DNA from: Spirogloea muscicola
Taxonomy: Eukaryota
Length of the DNA: 57,303 nt
NCBI GenBank assembly: GCA_009602725.1
Contig: WELB01000001.1
Location: forward strand, 1,989,096 to 2,046,398
Reading direction: 5' to 3'
In this document: positions 23,063 through 34,437 of the stretch, in pieces
How positions within the stretch are numbered: the stretch's first letter is position 1
Layout: every line of letters starts with the position of its first letter
Program-made: the position numbers and the translations under genes
The notes under the pieces: generated by a model
The model's database searches: none
What the model was told of the DNA's origin: nothing
The model's input: only the letters and a program-made list of their open reading frames with translations

Positions 23063-23516
23063 AGGAAGACGCAGGCTGCGACGCTCGGGAACCAGAAAAT
23101 GGGCATCGAACATCGATACACGAGCATGTTCCAAGAGGCCAAAAAGGTGGGGGGGGTGTGACGACTGTCGACGGTGGTTACGTAAGGCCAGCCCAACAAG
23201 CAAAGAAGGCCAGTGGCGCTCCCTTAGACGAGGACAGATCCACAGCGGCGAGTGGCGTTGGTAAGTGGGCGACGGAGCGACGGAGAAGCGGACGAGGGAG
23301 CATACCCATGGACCGCTTCACCGAAGCACCGCCCCCGTAGCCAAGCGCCTGCCCCACCTCCCTCGCGCCCGGGCCCCCGCCGCGGGGCCTGGCGTGCGCG
23401 TCGCCGCCGCGGCCGCTGCTGGCGGGCCCGGCGCCGCTGGAGGACCAGTCTTCTCCCCTCGTCAGGGCTCGCGGGACCGGCCGGGCGATCGAGAGCGCCT
23501 CCCCGCGGCTGCCACG

Positions 23517-26500
23517 ATGAGCGGCCATGACTCCAAGTACTTCACGACGACCAAGAAGGGCGAGATCCACGAGCTCAAGGAGGAGCTTAACTCGCAGTAC
23601 AAGGTGCACCTCGGCCGAGCCGGCTTGCAGCTCCAGGCTGTGCAGCATGCCTCCAGCCGCCACGAAGGCCTGCAGGCTAGGAATGGCCAGCAGGCATTTG
23701 CGCGTATCTTGGGTCCTGGCCTGCTCGTCGGGCTCGGCTGGCATTAGTCCGTGAAGGCGCTACTGAGGCTCCGCTGCGAGGACACTCCTGTGGAGAGAAT
23801 GCAGAGGAGGTCAACGCCTGGCCCACACTTATGGGCTTGGAGTACACGCTGGCTCTTCTTTTGCAGGACAAGAGGAAGGATGCCGTCAAGAAGGTCATAG
23901 CAGCAATGACAGTCGGGAAGGACGTCTCGATGCTCTTCACGGACGTCGTGAACTGCATGCAGACGGAGAATCTGGAGCTCAAGAAGCTGGTCTATCTATA
24001 CCTCATCAACTATGCTAAGAGCCAGCCAGACCTTGCCATATTGGCAGTGAACACGTTCGTGAAGGTAGTGAAAGGCTGTACTACCTGTCCTCAGTCTTCA
24101 GCACTGCAGTGAGTTGTCTACAGACACGCTTATAAGGCACTGCTCAAAGAAGGCTTCTCACTTTATACCTTACTTCGTATTGTAGGACTCGCAAGACCCC
24201 AACCCTCTGATCAGGGCCTTGGCTGTGAGGACGATGGGTTGCATCCGTGTTGACAAGATCACTGAGTACCTTTGTGATCCGTTACAGCGATGCCTCAAGG
24301 TTTCACGCCCTCCACCAGCCTATGTAGCCCGTAAACCCGCTAGCTACGGTTGCTGATCAGCCACTCTGCTGCAGTGAGTGCTGACCTGTGTTGATGAAAG
24401 GACAGTGCACTGCTTTTCTGCTTTTTGTGTTCAGGACGAAGACCCATATGTGCGCAAGACTGCAGCCCTTTGTGTCGCCAAGTTGTATGACATAAATGCA
24501 GAGCTGGTGGAGGACCGCGGCTTTCTGGACGCTCTCAAGGAGATGATCTCCGATAGCAACCCCATGGTGGTGGCTAATGCTGTTGCTGGCCTTGCAGAGA
24601 TACAGGAGAGTACAAGCAAGTCTGTCTTTGAGATTACAAGTACCACTCTCTTCAAGCTCCTTGCTGCCCTCAACGAGTGCACAGAGTACAACGCCATACC
24701 CTGAATGTCGAAGCGTGCTCCATGTTGCAGTGCTATCCTTGTCAGGCTTCTTTACTTGTCTGCAAGCACGTGAACCTGACCAGACTTTTGTATCCAGGTG
24801 GGGCCAGGTCTTCATCCTGGATTCGTTGGCCAAGTACAAGGCTAGTGATGTGCGGGATGCTGAGAGCATTGTTGAGAGAGTGACGCCAAGATTGCAGCAT
24901 GCCAATTGTGCCGTTGTCCTCTCTGCTGTCAAGGTGAGGTACACAGAGACGGCCTCCGCTAAATTTGCTATGAGGTTACCCTTGAGTCACAATGCACAAT
25001 CAAATTTTGTGAGCAGTTGTCTTCTACTACGGTATCATATTGTGCACACCATAATCTTGTGGAGTGTTGTACTTTGTGTGATTTATTGCTCAGGTGATCT
25101 TGCAGCAGATGGAGCTCATCACAAGCATTGACATTGTTAGAACACTGACGAAGAAGATGGCACCTCCCCTTGTCACACTCCTGTCCTCAGAGCCAGAGAT
25201 TCAATATGTTGCCCTTCGGAATATCAATCTCATTGTGCAGCGTCGTCCTGGAGTCTTGGCACACGAGATTAAGGTAGTATTGTCTTCCTATATTGTATTT
25301 CCAACTAAGTCTGACCTGCTCGTCAACCTTGTAAAACCAGCTTCTGGAGCTTGATTTGCAAGACAGTTGTACAGCTTGGAAGGACATAGCCATGACTTTC
25401 TCACCTTGGCAGTCAGCTTGACCTACAAAGAGCTTAGGGGTTGATTGTGTGCAGGTGTTCTTCTGCAAATACAACGATCCTATTTACGTCAAGCTGGAAA
25501 AACTGGAGATAATGATCAAGCTGGCTTCTGATAGAAACATAGACCAGGTACCCTTCACATCACTGTCTCACGGAATGGATGCTCTCTATTCTGGTCACAA
25601 TAATGTGTGCTGTAAGAGAGTTGCCCTATACTGGCACTCAGTAGGCACTCAGCAAAGCCCTCCTTGCCCTCCATGAGAAACTTATCATGGGGGCAGAAGT
25701 ATGGACTGGTGCTCAGCTTGATGTCTGATATAGAGAATAGGCATGCGGCACTCACAGTCATCAGTTTAAATGGTCAGGTTCTCCTAGAATTCAAGGAGTA
25801 TGCTACAGAGGTCGATGTAGATTTTGTTAGGAAAGCTGTCAGGGCCATAGGAAGGTGTGCAATCAAGCTGGAGCGGGCAACTGAGCGTTGTATCAACGTT
25901 CTCCTGGACTTGATCAAATTGAAAGTCAACTATGTGGTACAAGAGGCCATCATTGTAATCAAGGACATTTTCCGACGATATCCAAATACGTATGTTGCCC
26001 ATCTTGTTGATACGCTTTGACCTTTCTTTCAAAGAGGAGTACGAAATGCTTACTTTCAAGTCTACTACAGATTCAAGACATGCAGGATTTCTTTAAGTTC
26101 AAAGGAACGCTGTAAAATGAGCGATTGCCATAGCTTGTGCCAGCAATTTTTAAAGCTCCAGCATTGCTGTTTCAGGTACGAGTCCATTATTGCGACATTG
26201 TGTGAGAGCCTTGATACCCTTGACGAGCCAGAGGCCAAGGTAGAAATCTCTTGTCCTCACTACGTCCATGTACAAATTGTGTATGACATAGCTGCTGGTC
26301 TCCCAGTGTCTGCCTGTCGGCTGGGCCCTACAGCTTCCACCTTGAACTCATATTGGGCAGACTGCACCCTCACTAGACATGGAGATATTTATGTCTGAGC
26401 TTCAGAGTAATTTGAAGGGGAGGAGTCATGTTCATGTAACGTGATCGTGGATTGTGTCAGGCATCCATGATATGGATCATTGGCGAGTACGCAGAGAGAA

Positions 26501-28707
26501 TAGACAATGCCGATGAGTTGCTGGAGAGTTTTCTAGAGGGCTTCCCAGAAGAAACTGCACAAGTGCAGCTTCAATTACTCACTGCTGCCGTTAAGCTCTT
26601 CCTGAAGAAACCGACTGAAGGGCCACAGCAGATGATACAGGTAACACAGCTTGAACTAATCGGAATAGGCCATCAGACTGAAGCTTGTCTATCATGTGAG
26701 TCACGCACTTTAGACCGCCACAATATCTTACAAAGCCCGGGTTTCAGAATTCAATGCTGGACATGGTTGTAGGTCGTCCTGAACAATGCCACACAGGAGA
26801 CAGACAACCCGGATCTGCGTGACCGCGCTTTCGTCTATTGGCGACTGCTATCAACAGATCCAGAGGTAGGGAGTACACTCTGTCACCCACGCTCTTGCAA
26901 ATGTCATTGCTGCGCAGTGCAGTGCCTCCAGTGCTTGCTCGTGAAGTATTTTCACAACCTTCCCTTTTCAAGTTCATTCTCCAAGTTTCAGCCAATCTTA
27001 GCTGCAGGCTCCGTAATGAGGTCGTTACTTCTTGTGAATTTTTGAAGATAGCAGCTGACTGATTGTCTTCACTGGCTTGTGTGCGACACAGGCTGCAAAG
27101 GATGTTGTGTTGGCAGAAAAGCCTATCATCAGCGATGAGATCAATGACTTTGAGCCTTCATTGTTGGATCTGCTTTTGGCCAACATCGCAACCTTGGCGT
27201 CCGTTTATCACAAGCCCCCAGAAGCATTCGTGTCCCGCGTTCCTGCCACTGCACAGACCGCTTCTGTAGATGCTGAGACAGACGACCTCTACAATGACGG
27301 TCAGCTTGGCATAAGCGGTGCCGAAGACTCCTCGGCTCCTGTGCCAGCATCATCGCTCGATGGTGTAGGGACAAGATCAGTTGCTGCATCAGCTGCTCCT
27401 CCTGTGGCTTCAACCAAGACCTTGCCACCACTGCAGCAAGCCCCCCAAGCTGCAGGTCCAGATTTACTGGGTGATCTGGTGGGGCTCGACTCCAATGGCA
27501 CAGTGCCCGGGAACACACCGCCGGCTGCTGAGTAAGGAGGAACCCCTGCATGTATGACTGCACATGCTTTTCAAAGAGATAAGCATCTGAGAGCTCCCCA
27601 ATCAACACTGTTGTACTGAAATTTCTAGATTTTACCTGCAGGGTCGCATTGCCTGTTCTACTGGCTGCCTCAGCAGGGCAGGGACTGCAAATCAGTGGTA
27701 CATTGACAAGACAAAGCGGAGCCGTCTTCTACAACCTCGGATTCGACAACAGCAGTCCGGTGCCGCTTGATGGCTTCATGATCCAGTTCAACAAGAACAC
27801 ATTCGGCATAGCACCCGCTGCCCCCCTCCAGGTCGATTTTGCTCTTTCACATCACACTGTCCCAAGATAAGCGTTTGCGCTTCAACCTCTTTACATCTAA
27901 CTCTCCCCTGTGCAGGTCCCACTCCTACAGCCAGGTGGATCAGCTTCAGTCCTGCTCCCGCTGGCACTATTCCAGAACTTATCTCCTCCTCCTCCTACTT
28001 CAGTTCTTCAGGTGGCCATTAAAAACAATCAGCAGCCTGTTTGGTACTTCACAGACTCTGTTCCTCTGCATGTTTTCTTTTCTGAAGAAGGCAGAGTGGA
28101 ACGAGCTGCTTTCTTGGAGGTGAGCACGGGAGCACAGTGCCTGCTAAATCCATATGCACTGTATTGTCTGGCCTTGTCAGAGCCACATGAAATAACCTGC
28201 AGTTAGTTGCCGCTTACATTATTATTACTATTACAGACGTGGAAGTCGTTACCCGATGCCAATGAGGTTACGAGAGAATTCCCGGAGAGTATCATCAGCA
28301 ATCTCGATGTCACTCTTGAAAGGCTTGCTTCCAACTACGTCTTCTTTGTTGCTAAGCGTCGTCTGAAAGACACAAACAAGGTAAGCTGGCACTCGGCACC
28401 TCGCAGCAGGCTCAAGATTGCTTGACCATAGAAACATTGGAGCATTGGGCACAAAGTGCTGTTGACATCCTCCCTTGACATGTAGCGGTGGCAGACATGC
28501 AGCAACCTCCTGACGTACTTTGTTGCTGGTTATGGTGGACGCATGCAGGATGCTATCTATACTTCGGTGAAACTAGTGTCAAATGTGCCTCTTTTGGTGG
28601 AGTTCACTTTCGCTTCTGGCATCCCTGGCGTGACCTGTGCCGTTAAGACGCCTTCAGTAGAGTATACGCCACTCTTCTTCGAGAGTGTTGAGAAGTTGCT
28701 ACAATGA
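23517..28707 (+). CDS. Beta-adaptin, AP-1/AP-2 complex beta subunit, multi-exon
   Basis: [99 protein letters not shown], hinge DLLGDL, and appendage [12 protein letters not shown] and LQVAIKNN. Stop at 28705-28707. Confidence 0.96.
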
Positions 28708-29035
28708 GAACTCAGTTTCCCACTTTTGGCATCTCGCTAGTTCCTGAAGTGCACATTGCTGGCAGTATGCCTCACCATCCATAACACTGGACTGATTATG
28801 TTGGCTTGACATGTGACTGATCTGCAAGCCCTCTGCCAAGTGCCAACTTCAAGCTCTGTAGAACGGCCAATGAAAGGTGGCAAACAGCCAGACAAGTAGA
28901 TGTCTTGCACCTTAACGTCAAATAGTGAGGCTGCAGACAAGATGCAGGGCCACTACTGCACAGCCCTCCCTGCCACTTGAAGCGGCAGACTTACTTCAAG
29001 ACTGGGCTGTAGTGTAGCGAGAAGCCCAATGCAAG

Positions 29036-29989
29036 CCCACTCGGCCTCTTCCCCGGGGGCTGCGGCGTGGCTCCAGGCCCTCCCCCTCTACGACGCCCTC
29101 ACCCTCCCGGACGAGGTATTCCGAAGTGCCGTCCACCGGCTCCTGGGCCTACTGCCGCCATGTCTCCAGGGTGTGCGTCAATGTGAGTGTGGCGAGCGCG
29201 GGACCGAGCCTGGAGAGCTGGCTGCTCATGTTCTGCGCTGTTCCCACGGCGGAGAGCGGACAGCGGCCCACGACCGCCTCCGCGACGTAATGCATGGCAT
29301 CCTGTTGGAGGCTGGTTTCTCCGTGGCAGCAGAGCACTCCGGAATCATGCCAATCCAGCACAGGGCCGACGGTCTCCATGCCAGGCGTGTAGACCTGGTG
29401 GCCACCCGACAGGCCGGCGGGCCACGTCTTCTCCTGGACGTGGTGACTACTGATGCCTATGACCGCTCACACCCAGCCAAATGTGCCACCACGGCTGGGT
29501 ATGCGGTCGCCTGCGCTGCTCGGGCCAAAGAGCTGAAGTACGCGGATCATCCGCGGGAAGACGAGTTCTTCCCGTTGGCCATCGACACACATGGGGCGCT
29601 GGGCGCTCGGTGGCTCGAGCTGCTCACCCAGCTCGCCCGCCACACCATCGCCCGGCGCTTCCATGGGGAGCCGGTTGACTTCCCTGCAGCCGGGTCGCTG
29701 GCGCAAGTGTATCGAATGCGCCTGGCCGTCTCGCTGCAGAGGTCCATGGCCCGGGCGCTGCACCTTCGTGCCGGCAGAGCCCTCGCTGCTGCCTCTGGCT
29801 CTGGCCAGGGGACCCACTTCCAGGAGCCCAGCATCTCTGATCTGCGGCTGCTTAGCAGGGGTTACTGAGTGTCTCGTAGCAGCTTTGTTTCTGTTACTTA
29901 GCGCTTCCCCTGGCCCCCTTCTCGTACTCTGTTCATTCTTTTTCGGGCTGGTTGTTCCAGCCCCTATTTCAATGGGCGAGCACTTTCTT
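29036..29989 (+). mobile_element. Young 5'-truncated family A CRE-like retrotransposon: intact zinc knuckle and RLE, 9-bp TSD
   Basis: Open frame to 29868 with AWLQALP, CECG..AAHVLRC (CCHC), AHDRLRD, RRVDLV, LLDVVT, KELKY and ...LSRGY*. 3' hairpin GGGCTGG-TTGTT-CCAGCCC. TSD CAATGCAAG at 29027-29035 and 29990-29998. Confidence 0.93.
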
Positions 29990-30019
29990 CAATGCAAGTT
30001 GTCCGTCTGGGGGCAGCAT

Positions 30020-30425
30020 TTGGTTACTTCCTCTCACAGCAATCGCCTTCACAATGGAAGAGCTCTTTCTTCTTGTTTGTGGCTGGGCCTTGTACAGCCA
30101 TCGCCCCATTCTGCCAGAACTTGTGCTTGGCCTTGCATGCTCCCACGATCCTTCTCTGTGTAGTCCTTTTTTCGGCACCTCTTTCTTTGGCTTTGGACAT
30201 TGTCCATTCTTTTTGGGCTGGCTTTGGGCGAGCACTTCTCTCTTCCCTCACTGCATGGACAGTCTTCCAGCTCCTCCTACTTTCCTTTCCTGGGTTTCAT
30301 TTCATGTGGCCCCACTTGTTGCACTTACTGGTTGTTGCCTGTACAGTGTACTGGATTGAATTGGCCACCCTTTCATTTTAAAGACGCAAATTCCTCGTTT
30401 CACGCGCACCGCACGCCTTCCCCCT
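30020..30425 (+). mobile_element. Older co-oriented retrotransposon 3' tails upstream of ALG2
   Basis: Family F-type TTGTCCATTCTTTTTGGGCTGGCTTTG...GGGCGAGCACTTC at 30200-30240, and B-like TTGAATTGGCC...TTTCACGCGCACCGCACGCCTTC at 30355-30424. Confidence 0.7.
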
Positions 30426-30677
30426 CCTCTCGGTGTCGGAGCCTGCACGGCAACGTGGGCGTGCCCGCCATTACCGCCGGCGTTGCCGCCGCCGCCGCCG
30501 CCGCAGGGGCAGCAGGCTTCCCGATCGGGGGTGCCGTACCGCGCGGAGGTAACGGAGACGGTGCCGTGGCTAAGGGGCGGCAGTCTCCGTGCCGGCCCCG
30601 AGCAGCAGTCGCCCACTATCGACAGGCGCCGCGCGAGCACGTTCCGCGGCGCCGCCGCAAGGCTCCTTGGCGGCGCC

Positions 30678-33583
30678 ATGCCGCCGCCTCCGCCAGCGCC
30701 GGCGGCGCGGGGCCCGCTGCGCGTCGCCATCTGCCACCCTGACCTCGGCATTGGTAGGCCCTGAGTGCCGATGCTCCTTGGCAAACCATGCGCTCTGCTG
30801 GTCCATTGGCCTTCTCCCGCGCCAGTGCCGTCCACAAGCATGGCAGCGAGTTCATACGTGCCGTCGGATGTCGAGCAGGCGGCGCCGAGCGCCTCATCGT
30901 GGACGCAGCGGTGGAGCTAGCAGCCCGGGGGCACGCCGTCCACGTCTTCACCGCGCACCATGACCCGAGCCGCTGCTTTGAGGAGACCGTCACCGGTACG
31001 GCTTGTCGGTCGTCACCACCTCGGGTCCAGCCAGCTTCACAGCAGATCATTTACAGGCCTGCGAACGATCTGTCAAGCTCGACATTGTAGGGCGGCAGCC
31101 TCAGCCCTTTGCTGTTCTGCACAATGACATACCTCCAGAGTGCACGCAGGACGATTCCCTGTGTCGGTGTATGGCGACTTCCTCCCCCGCCACATCTTCT
31201 ACCGCTTCCACGCAGTCTGCGCATACTTACGCTGCTGTTATGTAGCGCTGGCTATGGTCCTCTGGTGGCCCCATTTTGATGTGGTATTGGCAGATCAAGT
31301 GTCTGCTGTCATACCAATTCTCCATCTTGCCAAGGGATCCAAGGTACTATTTTCACCATTGGCTGGTGGTTTCCACCATCAGCATGGTTGACGTGCAGTG
31401 GCTCTAATGAGGAATCCTAAAATTTGGTCCATGGACAAGCATGCCTGCCGCAGGTTGCTCAGAAGGCAATTGCTGCATAAGTCACCATGACATATGTCCA
31501 TGTCCTCTATTGCATTCCCTTGGAATCACCTAATCAGAAGCATGACATGACTTGCATTCTACTGCCCTCCAGTATCAGATGTATTTGAGGTCACACATAA
31601 ATCCTTGACTCTTTCTTGTGAAACTGAAACCCATTCCGAGCACACTCAAGTGCGTTACAGGTACTGTTCTATTGCCACTATCCTGACAAGCTGTTGGCAA
31701 CGAGGACTACAGCAGTCAAGAAACTATACAGGCAGCCAATTGACTGGATGGAGCAAGTCACAACTGGTGAGGACCTCAAAGCACCCATCCACTCTGCAGC
31801 CCAATCCACCCCTGCAATCACTTGGTACTTATGTTGGATAGCTAAAGACAAGTCGGCTGGCCTTCTGTAGCCTAACTAATTATGTGATTATGGAATTATG
31901 TGCATTTCACAGGTCAAGCAGACCGGATAGTTGTGAACAGCACTTTCACGGCTGAGACCTTCTCCCAGGCATTCCAGTCTCTGTCCTCACGGGGATTGAA
32001 GCCGGCAGTGCTGTACCCTGCAGTCGATATTGCACAGTACGACTCCATTGCACCTCCCACGCCACCAAGAAGGAATATGACGAGCATCATAAGAGCAGGT
32101 GGCAATTTGGCTGACATCCCTGGTTTACCTGCTGCCTCGTGAGCCTTCGCACTTGCGGCAAAGTCCCATCCCCCTTATGACTGTGCAGGTCTCTAGATTA
32201 GGGCTCTGAGGCTCTGTAGAAGTACAAGCGCCAGCTTGCTGCTAAGAACAGCTTTCTAGAGACTGCTTGCAGGAGCCAGGCTTGAAAGCAATGATTACTG
32301 AAGCTCTTGCATTGTTCTGCTGCCACAGGCGAATATTTCTGTCCATAAATAGGTTTGAGAGGAAGAAAGGTGTAGAGCTGGCTATCTTGGCATATGGCAT
32401 CTGCAATCGGCGGGAAATGGCTGCTCGCGAGCAAGAGTCACCTGCAAAACGGTTGGATGCATATGGGGACGTGAAGCTTGTCATAGCAGGTAGGCTAGAC
32501 TCACTACCTCTGATTCCTTGGACTCATTGCTGGAGATCTGTATAAGCTGCAATCGGCAACTTCCCCCCCACTCCCCCCCCACCTTCCTTCAGCATTGCCC
32601 GCTTCAAATTTCTTTACTGTTGCACCAGTGACTTTGCAAGCGTCACTGGAAGCCGGGCTCCTCGACTTCTTGGACATCTTGCTGATTATGTATGATGTGC
32701 ATTATGACCAATGCATTTCTGGCGAGCTTGATTCAACCACTGTACTCAAGGCCGTGTTTTCCCCCTCTCTGTTCTTAAGCATTCTGTCTATTAGGCTCAC
32801 CCTTGCCTGTTGATACATGTGGCAGCAAGCATTGGCGCCCTGACATCTGTGCAGAGTTGCTACGGCCTTGTTGTGTAGGCGGTTATGATCCTAGGCTACG
32901 GGAGAACCGAGACTACTTGTCTTACTTGATCAGGCTGGCAGAGGAAGAAGGTGTAAGCCACAGCACATTCTTCTTGCCATCCTTTACAATGGACCAAAAG
33001 GTCAAATTGCTCTCCGCATCTGTTTGTGTGATATACACGCCACAGGTAAGGCTAGTCCTCCTCGTCAACTTACTATACTCACTGTGGCCCCGCTACTAAG
33101 ACCTTGAAACACACATATCTAGAGGCTTCAGTAGGGCTACTGAGGTAGTCACAAGTTGTACAGCTGTTATGTTGTCATGTCTGAGATTACTTGCCGACGT
33201 TGCTTTGCTCATATGTTGGACACATTGGTCAGGTCTGCACTCCCTAGCAATGAAGCATGCATGTACCACCAACATTCATTAGGTGTCCTTCCTGCACACA
33301 GAATGAGCACTTCGGCATTGTTCCATTGGAGGCGATGGCAGCCAGGCGGCCCGTCATAGCGTGCAACAGTGGAGGGCCTTGCGAGACTGTAGAGCACAAC
33401 TCAACTGGATTTCTCTGCGATCCAACTCCAAAAAGCTTTGCGGCTGCCATGGTAGCTCTGATTGATCAACCAAATAGAGCACAGGTCATGGGCCAGGCAG
33501 CCAGGCGACATGTGGAGAATAGGTTTTCACGAACCATATTTGGGGACCACCTTGACCAGTTAGTCAGGGATCTGGCAGCCTGA
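30678..33583 (+). CDS. ALG2: Alpha-1,3/1,6-mannosyltransferase ALG2 (GT4), multi-exon
   Basis: [70 protein letters not shown] and the EX7E motif [12 protein letters not shown]. Confidence 0.95.
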
Positions 33584-33959
33584 CGCAGCTCTGCTGCATG
33601 TGTCACGAAGAGCCTGATGGCCTATGCCGATTTAGTCATGGCCACCAGGCCTGGTCCTTGTGATTTGCAAAGCATCCAAGAAGCCCGAGGGGCACAGCTG
33701 GGGCATGGGAGAATCTGGCAAGGTAGCAAGCGCGCAGTTCAGACGAAGTTCTCGCCTCCAAATAAACAAGCTGGGTAGCAAGTCGAAGTAAAGTAGCAGC
33801 AGGGCAGAAGAAGCTCTCTGGAGGAAGCTGTGGCTGTGGTTTAGGGTTTTGGTTCCAGAATGCTTGGACAGACACTGACAGTGACAGAGCAGCCCCTCGG
33901 CTTTTTACATCAGACTTAGTTTTGCATTGTGTTGGCATTGGCCCCTTCTGGAAGAGCTT

Positions 33960-34252
33960 CTTCCCCTGACAACTGGAGCAGCTACACCGATGGTGGCGAT
34001 GGGGGCAATTACCTTGACGACAGCCAGAGGTTGCAGCTAGAGAAAGAGACGCTTCCATGAGTGCAGAAAGCTAGAGCACGGCCAGCACGCAGAAGCAAGG
34101 CGTGGGCCACCGACCCCTGAAGTGATATAGACAGGCGCATGCGAAACAGGTGCGCTAGCGAGCCAGCGGCGTTGCGTTCCACTAACACAGCCATCAACAC
34201 CCTCTGTACTTGGCCATTTGGTCTACGTTTGTTTTAAATGCACGAATTTCTG
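33960..34252. mobile_element. Retrotransposon remnants upstream of the methyltransferase gene
   Basis: Minus peptide AAGSLAHLFRMRLSISLQGSVAHALLLRAGRAL (34009-34190), then a plus-strand family C tail (CTCTGTACTTGGCCATTTGG, 34203-34252). Confidence 0.7.
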
Positions 34253-34437
34253 TGTTGGAAGTGCCACTTCTTCCTCTTCTGAACGCACCTGGCTATGCGC
34301 CTGGCTGGCGGGCCTATACAGCGAACGAGAAAAAGAAAGAGAAACGATTGAAAAGGAGAACAGAGCGGCTTCTACAGCGGCTCTGTTAAGCTCTGAAGTT
34401 GACATTCGAAGCCACATTTCTGGAAGTGAACTGCCCC

